From NCBI GenBank assembly GCA_964446485.1, contig CAYUOU010000008.1, positions 2,262-66,261 on the forward strand: a stretch of DNA of 64,000 nucleotides. The letters run 5' to 3'. Of this stretch, positions 9,001 to 18,162 are shown in pieces; within the stretch, counting starts at the first letter, position 1; the number at the start of each line of letters is the position of its first letter. The notes beneath the pieces were generated by a model. The model searched no databases. It was not told where the DNA came from and worked only from the letters and a program-made list of their open reading frames with translations. Source of the DNA: an uncultured Desulfobacterales bacterium. GTDB taxonomy: Bacteria > Desulfobacterota > Desulfobacteria > Desulfobacterales > JBDRRP01. The translations under genes and the position numbers were made by a program.

Positions 9001-11184
9001 ATGAGAGGACCAGCACTGACGACATCCGCTGAGGCGGCGGCACGATACTGGCGGGAAGCCGTGGCCTATGGCGTGGACCGCTCACAGCGAAGTATCCTGT
9101 TCTGGGATACGCTCCGCCAACGCGGCAACGCCTATTTCGCTCATCTGGAGGCCGGCCAGCCCCCCGTACTGGTCTTTGACTACGAGATGGTGACGGACGG
9201 CCGCACCTTCGACCGGCCGGTGAACTATGCCCTGGCGAGGATCCTCGACCGGCGCAGGAAAAAAGCACGGCCGACGACCGATGCCGACCGGCGCCTCGGC
9301 GTTGTTGACGGCGGCGCTGTTCCCGGTCCCAGACGTCCCATCGTGGTCATTGATCCGCGGGCCGGGCATGGGCCCGGCATCGGGGGCTCCAAATTTGATT
9401 CACAGATCGGTGCGGCCCTGGAGCACGGGCATCCGGTGTATTTTGTCTTGTTTTACACCGAGCCGGAACCGGGCCAGAGCATTGCCGATGTGCAACAGGC
9501 TGAAATCCGATTTCTCGGGGTTGTTGCCGAGCGCCACCCGGAAGCTCCCAAGCCGGCCGTCATCGGCAACTGCCAGGCCGGGTGGGCGGCGACCCTATTG
9601 GCGGCGGACCGGCCGGACCTCACCGGCCCCATCATCTTAAATGGATCTCCCCTGTCCTATTGGGGCGGGGTCGACGGCGCCAACCCCATGAGATATCGCG
9701 GCGGACTGCTGGGCGGCGCATGGCTTACCTCCCTGAGCTGTGATCTGGGGAACGGGCGTTTCGACGGCGCCAATCTGGTCGCGGGTTTCGAAGACCTGAA
9801 TCCCGCCAATACGTTGTGGGAAAAGCATTACCACCTCTTTGCCAAGGTGGATACCGAGGCGCCCCGGTTTCTTAAGTTTGAAAAATGGTGGGGCGGATTC
9901 TTTCTCATGAATGCCGAAGAAATACACTTCATCGTGGATGGACTTTTCATCGGCAACGAGTTGGAGCAGGGAAAACTGCATCTGGGCGGCGATCACCGCA
10001 TCGACCTTAAGAACATCCAGGAACCGATACTGCTCTTTGCCTCCGGCGGGGACAACATCACCCCGCCGCCCCAGGCACTCAACTGGGTGGTCAAGGTTTA
10101 CGGCAGTGTCGCGGAGATCAAGCGGCAGGGGCAGGTGATCGTCTACATGATTCACGACACCGTTGGGCATCTGGGCATTTTCGTTTCCGGGAAGGTGGCG
10201 AAAAAGGAACACCAGCAGATCGTGGGCGGGGTGGATCTGCTGGAATACCTCGCCCCCGGCCTATATGAAATGGTGATCGACGACGACCGCGCAACTCCCG
10301 GGCGGGACAACTATACGGTTCGTTTCGAACCCCGGGAAATGGAAGACATCCTCAAGCTCGACGACGGGCTCGAAGACGAGGATGCTTTTGTTCCCGTCAA
10401 CGCGGCATCCCGAATGAATGATTGGTTCTACCGCACCTGGTGCCGGCCGGTCGTCCAGGCGCTGGTGAGCGAACCCGTAGCGGAGGCGCTGCGTCAACTG
10501 CATCCGTTGAGACTCCAGCGCAGCCTGATCTCAGACATGAACCCGCTTCTCTGGAGCCTGCCGCAGATGGCCGCAGCGGTCGTTCGCCATCGGCAGCCGG
10601 CGCCGTCGGAGAACCTCTTTGCTTCCCTGGAAACCACTTTTTCCAAAGCGGTCTCCGCCGGGTGGGATCTCTACCGCGATTACCGTGATGCCACCCACCA
10701 GTTCTGGTTCAACAGCCTTTACGCCAATCCGTGGTCCCGGATGTTCTTTCCAACGAAGGAGAAGGCGTCCACTGACATCGATGCTGCCGCGCCTCAGGAG
10801 ACCGCCCCCCTTGCCGCTTACCAGGGCGGTTTTGCCGAGGCGGTGGTGCGCATTATCATCGCCGTTGCCGGTGTGAACCGGATGCTGGATAAGCGCCAGA
10901 TCGAAGCGGCGGTGGCTGTTGTCGGGCAGCACCCTCAGCTTCGGCGCATCACACCGGCTCGATACCGAGCGATGGTGAGGGCGCAAGCCGCTGTCTTAGA
11001 TGCCGACAGCGAAATCGCTTTGACCAGCTTGGGGCGGTTGCTGCCCACGCCGGCGGAGCGCGCCGAGGCGATCGATATCGCCAGGCGGATTGCCCATGGG
11101 GACACCGTTCTGGATGACGACGAGAGATCGCTGCTGGGGCGTATCAAGGCAATTCTTGGGTTGACGGGACGGGAGGCGGATTGA
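9001..11184 (+). CDS. DUF3141-like large alpha/beta-hydrolase-related protein with TerB-like C-terminal region
   Basis: 727 aa from the ATG at 9001, with GGAGG 8-9 nt upstream. The N-terminal YWREAVAYGVDRSQRSILFWDTLRQRGN... matches my memory of DUF3141. The C-terminal ~110 aa are helical and TerB-like. Confidence 0.7.
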   Translation: MRGPALTTSAEAAARYWREAVAYGVDRSQRSILFWDTLRQRGNAYFAHLEAGQPPVLVFDYEMVTDGRTFDRPVNYALARILDRRRKKARPTTDADRRLGVVDGGAVPGPRRPIVVIDPRAGHGPGIGGSKFDSQIGAALEHGHPVYFVLFYTEPEPGQSIADVQQAEIRFLGVVAERHPEAPKPAVIGNCQAGWAATLLAADRPDLTGPIILNGSPLSYWGGVDGANPMRYRGGLLGGAWLTSLSCDLGNGRFDGANLVAGFEDLNPANTLWEKHYHLFAKVDTEAPRFLKFEKWWGGFFLMNAEEIHFIVDGLFIGNELEQGKLHLGGDHRIDLKNIQEPILLFASGGDNITPPPQALNWVVKVYGSVAEIKRQGQVIVYMIHDTVGHLGIFVSGKVAKKEHQQIVGGVDLLEYLAPGLYEMVIDDDRATPGRDNYTVRFEPREMEDILKLDDGLEDEDAFVPVNAASRMNDWFYRTWCRPVVQALVSEPVAEALRQLHPLRLQRSLISDMNPLLWSLPQMAAAVVRHRQPAPSENLFASLETTFSKAVSAGWDLYRDYRDATHQFWFNSLYANPWSRMFFPTKEKASTDIDAAAPQETAPLAAYQGGFAEAVVRIIIAVAGVNRMLDKRQIEAAVAVVGQHPQLRRITPARYRAMVRAQAAVLDADSEIALTSLGRLLPTPAERAEAIDIARRIAHGDTVLDDDERSLLGRIKAILGLTGREAD

Positions 11185-11246
11185 CGGCTGCCGGTGTTGT
11201 CCCGGCATCCCTCATCGACCCTGCCTGGACATTGTGCATGGCGTCG

Positions 11247-11294
11247 AAATCAAACAAGCGGCGCCCCGCCGGGTGCCGCTTGTTTTGATTTTTT
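11247..11294. terminator. bidirectional rho-independent terminator between the DUF3141 gene and htpG
   Basis: AAATCAAACAAGCGGC (11247-11262) pairs with GCCGCTTGTTTTGATTT (11275-11291). It is followed by a T-run on plus, with an A-run upstream that serves the minus strand. Confidence 0.8.
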
Positions 11295-11339
11295 CACCCG
11301 ATGGTCGGGGGGGGGGCTGGCAACAGAAGACTTCCTGCA

Positions 11340-13265
11340 TTACCCCGACACCGCCATGAGATCGCCCACCAGCTTGGAAAACCGGGACGGGTCAGACACT
11401 TTGCCGCCTTCGCCGATGACGGCCAGATCAAGCAGCAGCTGGGTGTAGTTACTGAGCGTGGCATCCTCTTTGTCTTTTTCGAACAAGGCTGCCATCTTCT
11501 CGATCACCGGGTGCCCGGTATTGAGCTCCAGTATGCGTTTGGCCTCGGGCGGCGTCTGACCGGCGGATCGCAGGATCTTTTCCATGTAGGCGCTCATGTC
11601 GTAGGCCTCTCCACTGAGACACGCCACCGAGTTTTTGAGACGGTTGGACGGGCGCACCTCTTTGACGGTGTCCTCCAGCGCGGCCCGGATGTATTTGAAC
11701 AGGGCTTCGAAACGCCCCTTGGTTGCTTCGTCCACCGGCGCGATGTCCAAATCGCCCTTTTCAGCGCTTTTGAGTGATTTGCCGTCGTATTCGGTGAGGC
11801 TTTGCACCACCCATTCATCCACCGGATCGGTCATGAGCAGCACCTCATAATCCTTTTCCTTGAGCTGCTCCAGCAAAGGGCTGTTGATGAGGGCTGCCAT
11901 ATTATCGCCGGTGATGTAGTAGATTTCTTTTTGATCCGGTTGCATACGCTTGACATATTCCCGCAGAGAAATCCAGGCACCATCGCTCTTTGTGGTCTTG
12001 TATCGGGCCAGATCGGCAATACGTTCCTTATTTTCATGGTCGCTGTGAATTCCCACCTTGAGCACAGGCCCGAACTCCTCCCAGAACGTTTTGTACGGGT
12101 CCGCTTCCATTTTACCCAGAAGTTCGAAGAGCTTTTTCACCAGGTTGCGGCGAATGTTTCTCACCAGGCGGTCCTGCTGAAGAATCTCACGGCTCACGTT
12201 CAAATTCAGATCCGGCGCATCCACCACGCCCCGGATGAACCGGAAGTATTCGGGTAGCAGGTCTTCGCAGTCATCCATGATGAATACCCGCTTACAGTAA
12301 AGATGGACGCCGTGCTTGGATTCCGGGTGAAACAGGTCGAAGGGGGCTTTTGACGGAATGTAGAGCAGGGCCGTGTATTCGGTGGTTCCCTCGAATTTCA
12401 TGTGCAGGTGCGTGAGCGGCGGGTTCCAGTCATGGCTGATATGCCGATAGAACTCCTCGTGCTCGGCTTGGGTGACATCGTCCTTGGCCTTGGCCCAAAT
12501 GGCCTTCATGGAATTGAGGGTTTCCTCTTTGATGACCTTTTGGGTGGTCTGGCCGATGGTCTTGCCATTTTTGTCTTTGATCTGCTCGGCATCAGGGATG
12601 GGCTCGTCGCGTTCGACGTCCATGACGATGGGGTAGTTGACGAAGTCCGAGTGCTGCTTGACGATGCTGCGGATGGTCCACTCTTCAGTGAAATCCGGGT
12701 CGTCTTTTTCCTTTTTCTTCAATGACAGGGTGATGACGGTGCCGCGGTCGGCCTTGTCGATCTCTTCGATGGTGAAGGTTCCGTCACCGGTGGAGGCCCA
12801 CTTGACCCCCTTTTCGGCGCCGGCGGCGCGGGTGGTCAGCGTCACTTTATCGGCCACGATGAACGCACTATAAAACCCCACGCCGAACTGTCCGATGAGT
12901 TCGGGGGGGACGCCCTCTCCATGCTGATGCTGGCTCATGGCCTCCAGAAAGGCCGCCGTGCCGCTTTGGGCGATGGTGCCGATGTTCTCGATGACATCAT
13001 CGTAGGTCATGCCGATGCCGTTGTCAGCGATTTCAAGCGTGTTCGCGATGCCGTCAGGGGCGATCTTGATCTTGAATTCGGTGTCATCACCCAGAACCGC
13101 AGGGTCGGTCTGGGACTTGAACCGCAGCTTGTCGATGGCATCCGACGCGTTGCTGATCAGTTCCCGCAAAAAGATTTCCTTATTGGAATACAGGGAATTG
13201 ATGATCAGGTTCAGCATCTGCTTGACTTCGGTCTTGAATTCACGTGTTTCTATCTTGGCGCTCAT
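11340..13265 (-). CDS. htpG: molecular chaperone HtpG (Hsp90)
   Basis: 641 aa, with the [22 protein letters not shown] ATPase motif and full-length Hsp90 architecture. Confidence 0.97.
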   Translation of the reverse strand: MSAKIETREFKTEVKQMLNLIINSLYSNKEIFLRELISNASDAIDKLRFKSQTDPAVLGDDTEFKIKIAPDGIANTLEIADNGIGMTYDDVIENIGTIAQSGTAAFLEAMSQHQHGEGVPPELIGQFGVGFYSAFIVADKVTLTTRAAGAEKGVKWASTGDGTFTIEEIDKADRGTVITLSLKKKEKDDPDFTEEWTIRSIVKQHSDFVNYPIVMDVERDEPIPDAEQIKDKNGKTIGQTTQKVIKEETLNSMKAIWAKAKDDVTQAEHEEFYRHISHDWNPPLTHLHMKFEGTTEYTALLYIPSKAPFDLFHPESKHGVHLYCKRVFIMDDCEDLLPEYFRFIRGVVDAPDLNLNVSREILQQDRLVRNIRRNLVKKLFELLGKMEADPYKTFWEEFGPVLKVGIHSDHENKERIADLARYKTTKSDGAWISLREYVKRMQPDQKEIYYITGDNMAALINSPLLEQLKEKDYEVLLMTDPVDEWVVQSLTEYDGKSLKSAEKGDLDIAPVDEATKGRFEALFKYIRAALEDTVKEVRPSNRLKNSVACLSGEAYDMSAYMEKILRSAGQTPPEAKRILELNTGHPVIEKMAALFEKDKEDATLSNYTQLLLDLAVIGEGGKVSDPSRFSKLVGDLMAVSG

Positions 13266-13307
13266 ACCCCCTCCTGTTTGTGATCAATGGTTGTTTTTGC
13301 GGCCTCT

Positions 13308-13336
13308 ATAATGGGTGCGATTTTTTAAATGTCAAG
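13308..13336 (-). promoter_or_regulatory. candidate sigma32 (RpoH)-type heat-shock promoter for htpG
   Basis: The minus strand reads CTTGACA (13336-13330), 14 nt, CCCATTAT (13315-13308). The consensus is CTTGAAA-N13-15-CCCCATnT. Confidence 0.55.
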
Positions 13337-13476
13337 AAGGTAAAGTGTTGATTTTCAATAGCAATTCGAATACGGTCCAATGCGCTGCCACAGGCCCCGG
13401 CACCGGTTGATCGAGCGCGGCGAATGCGCCGAACGGACGAGGTGCGATACGATGGGCCGCAGAGGAAAGGAACGAT

Positions 13477-13911
13477 ATGACAGAAGCGACGTTCGAGCGG
13501 GTTACCGATTCCGACAAGGCATTGTTTGGCGCTCCCAAGGTGATCTTTTGTGGTTTTCCGGCCAAGGCCTTTCCCGCATTGACCGCCCTCATGGAGATGG
13601 CGGGCCTCGGTGAGGTGCCCGCCATTTACGCCGGCGCCGCTCATCGCGACGCGACCCTGAGAGACCTTTTTGAATTGCCAACCGGCAGCGGTGCGGGGAT
13701 CGATTCCGATCTGCCGCGGGCCATCATCGTCGGCGGCATAACGGAAAAGGCGCTTCAGCAACTCATGGGCGCGGCACGGGCCTCGCGAATGCAGCCGCCG
13801 CTGTGGGCGGTGCTGACCCCGGTGTCTGAATCCTGGACCCTGGCCGACCTGCTGCGGGAACTGGCCGCCGAGCGCGAGGCACTGCAGGGGTCCGCGGCAA
13901 CAAGGTCATGA
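13477..13911 (+). CDS. DUF3783-like protein
   Basis: 144 aa with a good RBS (GAGGAAAGG). The C-terminal AVLTPVSESWTLADLLRELAAEREAL resembles the conserved end of DUF3783 proteins (recollection). Confidence 0.65.
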   Translation: MTEATFERVTDSDKALFGAPKVIFCGFPAKAFPALTALMEMAGLGEVPAIYAGAAHRDATLRDLFELPTGSGAGIDSDLPRAIIVGGITEKALQQLMGAARASRMQPPLWAVLTPVSESWTLADLLRELAAEREALQGSAATRS

Positions 13912-13979
13912 CGGTGCCGGCCGATCGACCCTGCCCTGTATTTTCAAATAGTTATATCGGCCGCTGAAGGCTTTTAACC

Positions 13980-14008
13980 TTGACGTTAAAACGCCTTTTC
14001 CCTACAGT
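13980..14008 (+). promoter_or_regulatory. candidate sigma70 promoter for the TRAP operon
   Basis: TTGACG (13980-13985), 17 nt spacer, TACAGT (14003-14008), about 60 nt upstream of dctQ. Confidence 0.4.
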
Positions 14009-14069
14009 CCGCCGGGATAATCGCGAGGTGTTTTGTGAATACGGATCAGTATGAAATGGCAAGGACGGT

Positions 14070-14600
14070 ATGAACGCTATCAAGTGGGTGGTAAACGCCA
14101 TCGACACGCTCAATCTTTGGGTGGGCCGTGCGGTCTCCTGGGCGACGGGTCTGGTCGTTGTCGTGGTTTTTACAGATGTGGTGATGCGTTACGCTTTTAA
14201 CACCAGTTTCGTGTTTACCCAGGAACTCGAATGGCATTTATTTGCCTTCATCTTTCTTATGGGTGCCGGCTTCACATTGCTCAAGGACGGTCACGTCAGG
14301 GTGGACATCATCTACCAGCGGTGCAGCCCCAAGGCGAAGGCCTGGATCAATTTCCTTGGGGTGATTTTTTTTCTTATCCCCGGTTGTTATCTCATCATTC
14401 ACACCTCCTCGCTGTGGGTGTTTAACTCCTGGGCGGTCATGGAAGGCTCGCCGGACCCGGGTGGCATCCCATACAGATTCGTCATTAAAGCCTGCGTACC
14501 GGTGGGTTTCACCCTGGTTTTACTGCAGGGTGTTTCCCTGGGGCTGAAAAGCATGATGACCATTCTGGGAAAAGAGATCGAAACCGGGGAGGTCGCCTGA
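14070..14600 (+). CDS. TRAP transporter small permease (DctQ family)
   Basis: 176 aa, 4 TM. It overlaps the next gene by 1 nt (TGATG). Confidence 0.88.
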   Translation: MNAIKWVVNAIDTLNLWVGRAVSWATGLVVVVVFTDVVMRYAFNTSFVFTQELEWHLFAFIFLMGAGFTLLKDGHVRVDIIYQRCSPKAKAWINFLGVIFFLIPGCYLIIHTSSLWVFNSWAVMEGSPDPGGIPYRFVIKACVPVGFTLVLLQGVSLGLKSMMTILGKEIETGEVA

Positions 14601-15937
14601 TGGAGATGTTTCACGAATACCTGCCGGCCTGGATGTTCTTGGCCCTGACGATTTTCCTGATGGCGGGCTTCCCGGTGACCTTCACCCTGCTGGGGACCTC
14701 CCTGTGTTTCGGTCTCATCGGCTTTGGCTGGGGGTTTTTCAACCTGCTGCCCCTGCGGATCTGGGGGGTTATGGGTAACGTGACCCTGTTGGCGGTGCCG
14801 TTGTTCGTCTTCATGGGGGTCATGCTGGAGCGCTCCGGTCTTGCCGAAGAGCTGTTAGATACCATGGGCCTGCTCTTTGGCCGCATCCGTGGCGGGCTGG
14901 CCGTGTCGGTCGTTCTCGTCGGCGCATTGCTGGGGGCATCCACCGGCATCGTGGGGGCCACGGTGGTCACCATGGGGCTGCTGGCCGTGCCCACCATGCT
15001 CAAGCGCGGGTACAACAAGGAACTGGCCTGCGGTACGGTATCCGCCTCGGGCACCCTGGGGCAGATCATCCCTCCCAGCATCGTTCTGGTGCTCATCGGC
15101 GACATCGTCGGGGTTCCCGTGGGCGATCTTTTCATGGGGGCCGTCTTGCCGGGAATGGTGCTGGTGGCGCTTTATGTCCTCTACATCTTTCTTGCCGCTT
15201 GGGTACGCCCCAAATGGGCACCGCCCATTCCACGGGAAGAACTGGCCGAGTTCACCGGAAAGGATATGTACCTGCGCATCGGCAGAGCGCTGTTTCCGCC
15301 CTTGTTTCTCATGGTGGCCGTGCTGGGCTCCATTTTTGCCGGAGTGGCGTCACCCACAGAAGCCGCCGCGGTGGGCGCCGTGGGGGCGACCCTACTGACG
15401 GTGGCCAATAAAAAGTTCAGCATCACCATTTTAAGGGAAGTCATGCAGGCCACCACACAGCTCACCTGTATGGTGTTCATCATCCTGGTGGGCGCCGCTG
15501 CCTTCGGCCTGGTGTTTCGGGGCATGGGCGGCGACGAGATCGTGCGAGGGTTCCTGGGCGGATTCGCCGAGACCCACGGCAAGTGGTTCGTCCTTTTGAT
15601 CGTCATGGGATTGATTTTCGTGATCGGGTTTTTTCTCGATTTTATCGAAATTACCTTCATTCACGTGCCGGTGCTGGCCCCCATTATGATCGAATTCGGT
15701 TTCGACCCCATATGGTTTTGTATTCTCATCGCTGTGAACCTGCAAACCTCTTTCATGACCCCGCCCTTCGGGTTCTCTCTGTTTTATCTGAAAGCGGTGA
15801 CGCCGCCCGAGATCAAGACCGGTCATATTTACAGGGGCATCATTCCTTTTGTCTTTTTCCAGCTCATCGGGTTGCTCATCGTGGTGTTTTTCCCGGAGCT
15901 GGTGACATGGCTGCCGAAAATAGTCTTTGGCGGTTAG
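14600..15937 (+). CDS. TRAP transporter large permease (DctM family)
   Basis: 445 aa polytopic membrane protein with typical DctM sequence (GLLFGRIRGGLA..., TLGQIIPPSI). Confidence 0.93.
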   Translation: MEMFHEYLPAWMFLALTIFLMAGFPVTFTLLGTSLCFGLIGFGWGFFNLLPLRIWGVMGNVTLLAVPLFVFMGVMLERSGLAEELLDTMGLLFGRIRGGLAVSVVLVGALLGASTGIVGATVVTMGLLAVPTMLKRGYNKELACGTVSASGTLGQIIPPSIVLVLIGDIVGVPVGDLFMGAVLPGMVLVALYVLYIFLAAWVRPKWAPPIPREELAEFTGKDMYLRIGRALFPPLFLMVAVLGSIFAGVASPTEAAAVGAVGATLLTVANKKFSITILREVMQATTQLTCMVFIILVGAAAFGLVFRGMGGDEIVRGFLGGFAETHGKWFVLLIVMGLIFVIGFFLDFIEITFIHVPVLAPIMIEFGFDPIWFCILIAVNLQTSFMTPPFGFSLFYLKAVTPPEIKTGHIYRGIIPFVFFQLIGLLIVVFFPELVTWLPKIVFGG

Positions 15938-15973
15938 CCGTGTCTTCTGGTAGTGTACACGTCTGCCCTAAAG

Positions 15974-15996
15974 GGGGGCGGCGCGGCTGCGCCCCC
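15974..15996 (+). other. GC-rich intercistronic hairpin between dctM and dctP
   Basis: GGGGGCG (15974-15980) pairs with CGCCCCC (15990-15996). No T-run follows, so this is more likely an mRNA stabiliser or attenuator than a terminator. Confidence 0.4.
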
Positions 15997-16145
15997 TCAC
16001 AATAGGCTTCAAACGCGCACCGGCGTGGCGTTCCGGCGGCGGCCGTCTGGGAAATCCGACCGCTGCCGCCTCAGCGTGCATCCCATTTGGGAACAACAAA
16101 CGCCGCCGCGGTCAGTCTTAACCCCAACGAAAGGAGTCTGGCGGA

Positions 16146-17249
16146 ATGAAAAGAAGAGACTTTCTGAAAACGACAGGTAAGGCAGCAGTAGCGGCCGCCG
16201 CCGCGACCACCATCGGTGCGCCGGCGGTTCACGCTGCGAAGAAGTATCGCTGGAAAATGGTCACCACCTGGCCACCGAATTTGCCAGTGCTTCAAACCGG
16301 CGCCGTGAGGTTTGCGAAACGTGTCGAGGAGGTCACCGACGGCCAGATCAAAATTCAGGTCTTTGCCGGCGGGGAGCTGGTTCCGCCATTGGGGGTTTTT
16401 GACGCTGTCTCTGACGGTACGGTGGAAGTGGGCTCCGGCGCCTCCTATTACTGGGCAGGGAAAGTGCCCGCGGCCCAATGGTTTGCGGCCGTGCCCTTCG
16501 GCTTCAATGCACAAGGGATCAATGCCTGGTTTTACAGCGCCGGCGGTCTCCAGCTGTGGGAAGAAGTCTACGCCCCCTTCAACCTCGTGCCGCGGCCCCA
16601 GGGCAACACGGGCGTGCAGATGGGCGGATGGTTCCGCAAGGAAATGAACAGCATCAGCGACTACAAGGGCCTTAAGATGCGTATCCCCGGCCTGGGCGGA
16701 AAGGTCATCGCTAAGGCGGGTGGCACGGTCGTGCTGCTGCCCGGCGGGGAGATCTTCACCTCCTTGGAGCGTGGTGTTCTCGACGCCACGGAGTGGGTCG
16801 GCCCCATGCACGATCTTCGGATGGGATTCTACAAAGCGGCCAAGTACTACTACTACCCCGGCTGGCATGAGCCCGGAACCTGCCTGGAAGTCATGTTCAA
16901 CAAAAAGGTCTATGACTCCCTGCCCAAGGGGCTCCAGGCGACCCTGGATGCTGTGGCCGCAGAGACGAACATGTGGAGCCTCAGCGAATTCGAGGCCGGC
17001 AACGGCGCGGCCCTCCAGGAACTGATCAGCAAGCACAACGTCAACCTGGTGCGGTTCCCGGAGCCGCTGCTTGACTCGTTGCGCGACTTGGCCAAGGAGA
17101 CGCTGGAAGAAGAGGCGGCCAAGGATGCCATGAGCAGAAAGGTCCACGAAGCGTTCAAGGCGTTCAAGGCGCAGGTCGGCGTCTGGGGATCCGTCTCCGA
17201 AAACGCCTACTACAACGTCATCGCAGACAAGTATAAACTCAAGATGTAA
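16146..17249 (+). CDS. TRAP transporter substrate-binding protein (DctP-type, Tat-like signal)
   Basis: 367 aa with the twin-arginine-like leader MKRRDFLKTTGKAAVAAAAA and AAGGAG RBS. It belongs to the family whose gene order is Q-M-P. Confidence 0.9.
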   Translation: MKRRDFLKTTGKAAVAAAAATTIGAPAVHAAKKYRWKMVTTWPPNLPVLQTGAVRFAKRVEEVTDGQIKIQVFAGGELVPPLGVFDAVSDGTVEVGSGASYYWAGKVPAAQWFAAVPFGFNAQGINAWFYSAGGLQLWEEVYAPFNLVPRPQGNTGVQMGGWFRKEMNSISDYKGLKMRIPGLGGKVIAKAGGTVVLLPGGEIFTSLERGVLDATEWVGPMHDLRMGFYKAAKYYYYPGWHEPGTCLEVMFNKKVYDSLPKGLQATLDAVAAETNMWSLSEFEAGNGAALQELISKHNVNLVRFPEPLLDSLRDLAKETLEEEAAKDAMSRKVHEAFKAFKAQVGVWGSVSENAYYNVIADKYKLKM

Positions 17250-17286
17250 CGCGGCGGCGAAAGCGCCGTTGCCATGTGACAAAAGT

Positions 17287-17313
17287 CCCCGTGAAAGATC
17301 GCGGGGGCTTTTT
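17287..17313 (+). terminator. rho-independent terminator after dctP
   Basis: CCCCGTG...CGCGGGG stem followed by GCTTTTT (17287-17313). Confidence 0.7.
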
Positions 17314-17443
17314 CGCCGTCTGCCAGTGAAACATCGGCACCCGGGCGATGAAAAAGTGGATTGCCTTTCAAAAATCAGCGCTGACGCACGCCGTGAATTA
17401 AAGATGTGATGTTGAAGGCATTCAACAGCGGTAGGAATAGCGG

Positions 17444-18148
17444 TCAGGAGGTTAGTGCCGCGGCATCCTTCTCTGACAACCCGCCGGTGATAAACAACGG
17501 TATGGGAGACGGGCACAGGCCGTTCATCCGGGCCAGGTCCTTTTCGCCGCAGTAGCCCTTGGCGGCGTATCCGGCGGCCAGGCCCTCGGCGGTGATGATC
17601 TGGATGTGCGTGTGATGGAACCAGTTGCCGTTTTCGTTGAAATCGCCGATCTCGGCAAATGCTTCCCCGGCCGAAAGCATTTTGCCGGTTGCCGGCAGCC
17701 GGCTTCCGCACAGATGGCCGTAAAAGCTGAAGAAGCTGTCCACGTTCGGGCTGTCGTGCCTTAACAGGACATAGCCGCCGTAGTTGCCTTCGCCGGCTTC
17801 GTAACCGGTTTCAGCCACTACGCTATCCAGCGGTGCCTGGAGCGTCGTGCCCAGTGGTACGATGACATCGAGCCCTAGGTGGAAAAACCGCTGCTCGGCC
17901 ACCATCTGCGGGCAGTCGCCAAGCAGGGTGTCGCGGCGCTCCAGGTAGGGCGCCACCCCCCATTGGTGTCCCCCGTTGGCCATTTCTTTGTTCAGTACCC
18001 CCTGAAACGATTTTTGATCACGCGCATCGCAGCCTTCCAGCAGGGGGCTCGTCAAAGAAAGATCCGCCACATAGGGGTCACCGGCCAGCCCCTTGAAAAC
18101 GGGGTGGTGCCGGACATTCGGACTGAAAAGACAAAATGGGTAATACAT
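17444..18148 (-). CDS. cytosolic peptidase M23 (LytM)-like domain protein
   Basis: 234 aa with no signal peptide or TM segment. Both zinc motifs are retained: HxxxD (FHLGLD) and HxH (HHTHIQ). There is a 14 nt gap to the upstream KamA-like gene. Confidence 0.8.
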   Translation of the reverse strand: MYYPFCLFSPNVRHHPVFKGLAGDPYVADLSLTSPLLEGCDARDQKSFQGVLNKEMANGGHQWGVAPYLERRDTLLGDCPQMVAEQRFFHLGLDVIVPLGTTLQAPLDSVVAETGYEAGEGNYGGYVLLRHDSPNVDSFFSFYGHLCGSRLPATGKMLSAGEAFAEIGDFNENGNWFHHTHIQIITAEGLAAGYAAKGYCGEKDLARMNGLCPSPIPLFITGGLSEKDAAALTS

Positions 18149-18162
18149 GCCGTTTCAAAGCC

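Noticed and set aside
16721-16735. TGGCAC-N5-TGCT sigma54-like motif.
   Set aside because: It lies inside the dctP coding sequence, has an imperfect -12 element and has no downstream gene to serve.
16071-17711. 546 aa minus-strand ORF. Similar long antisense ORFs occur at 46488-47864, 50659-51723, 52689-53891, 23043-23921, 54418-55314, 59071-60012, 18511-19776 and 45206-46234.
   Set aside because: They lie antisense to genes with clear family signatures. Their translations are R/G/P/H-rich and low in complexity, with no motifs. These are typical shadow ORFs of GC-rich DNA.
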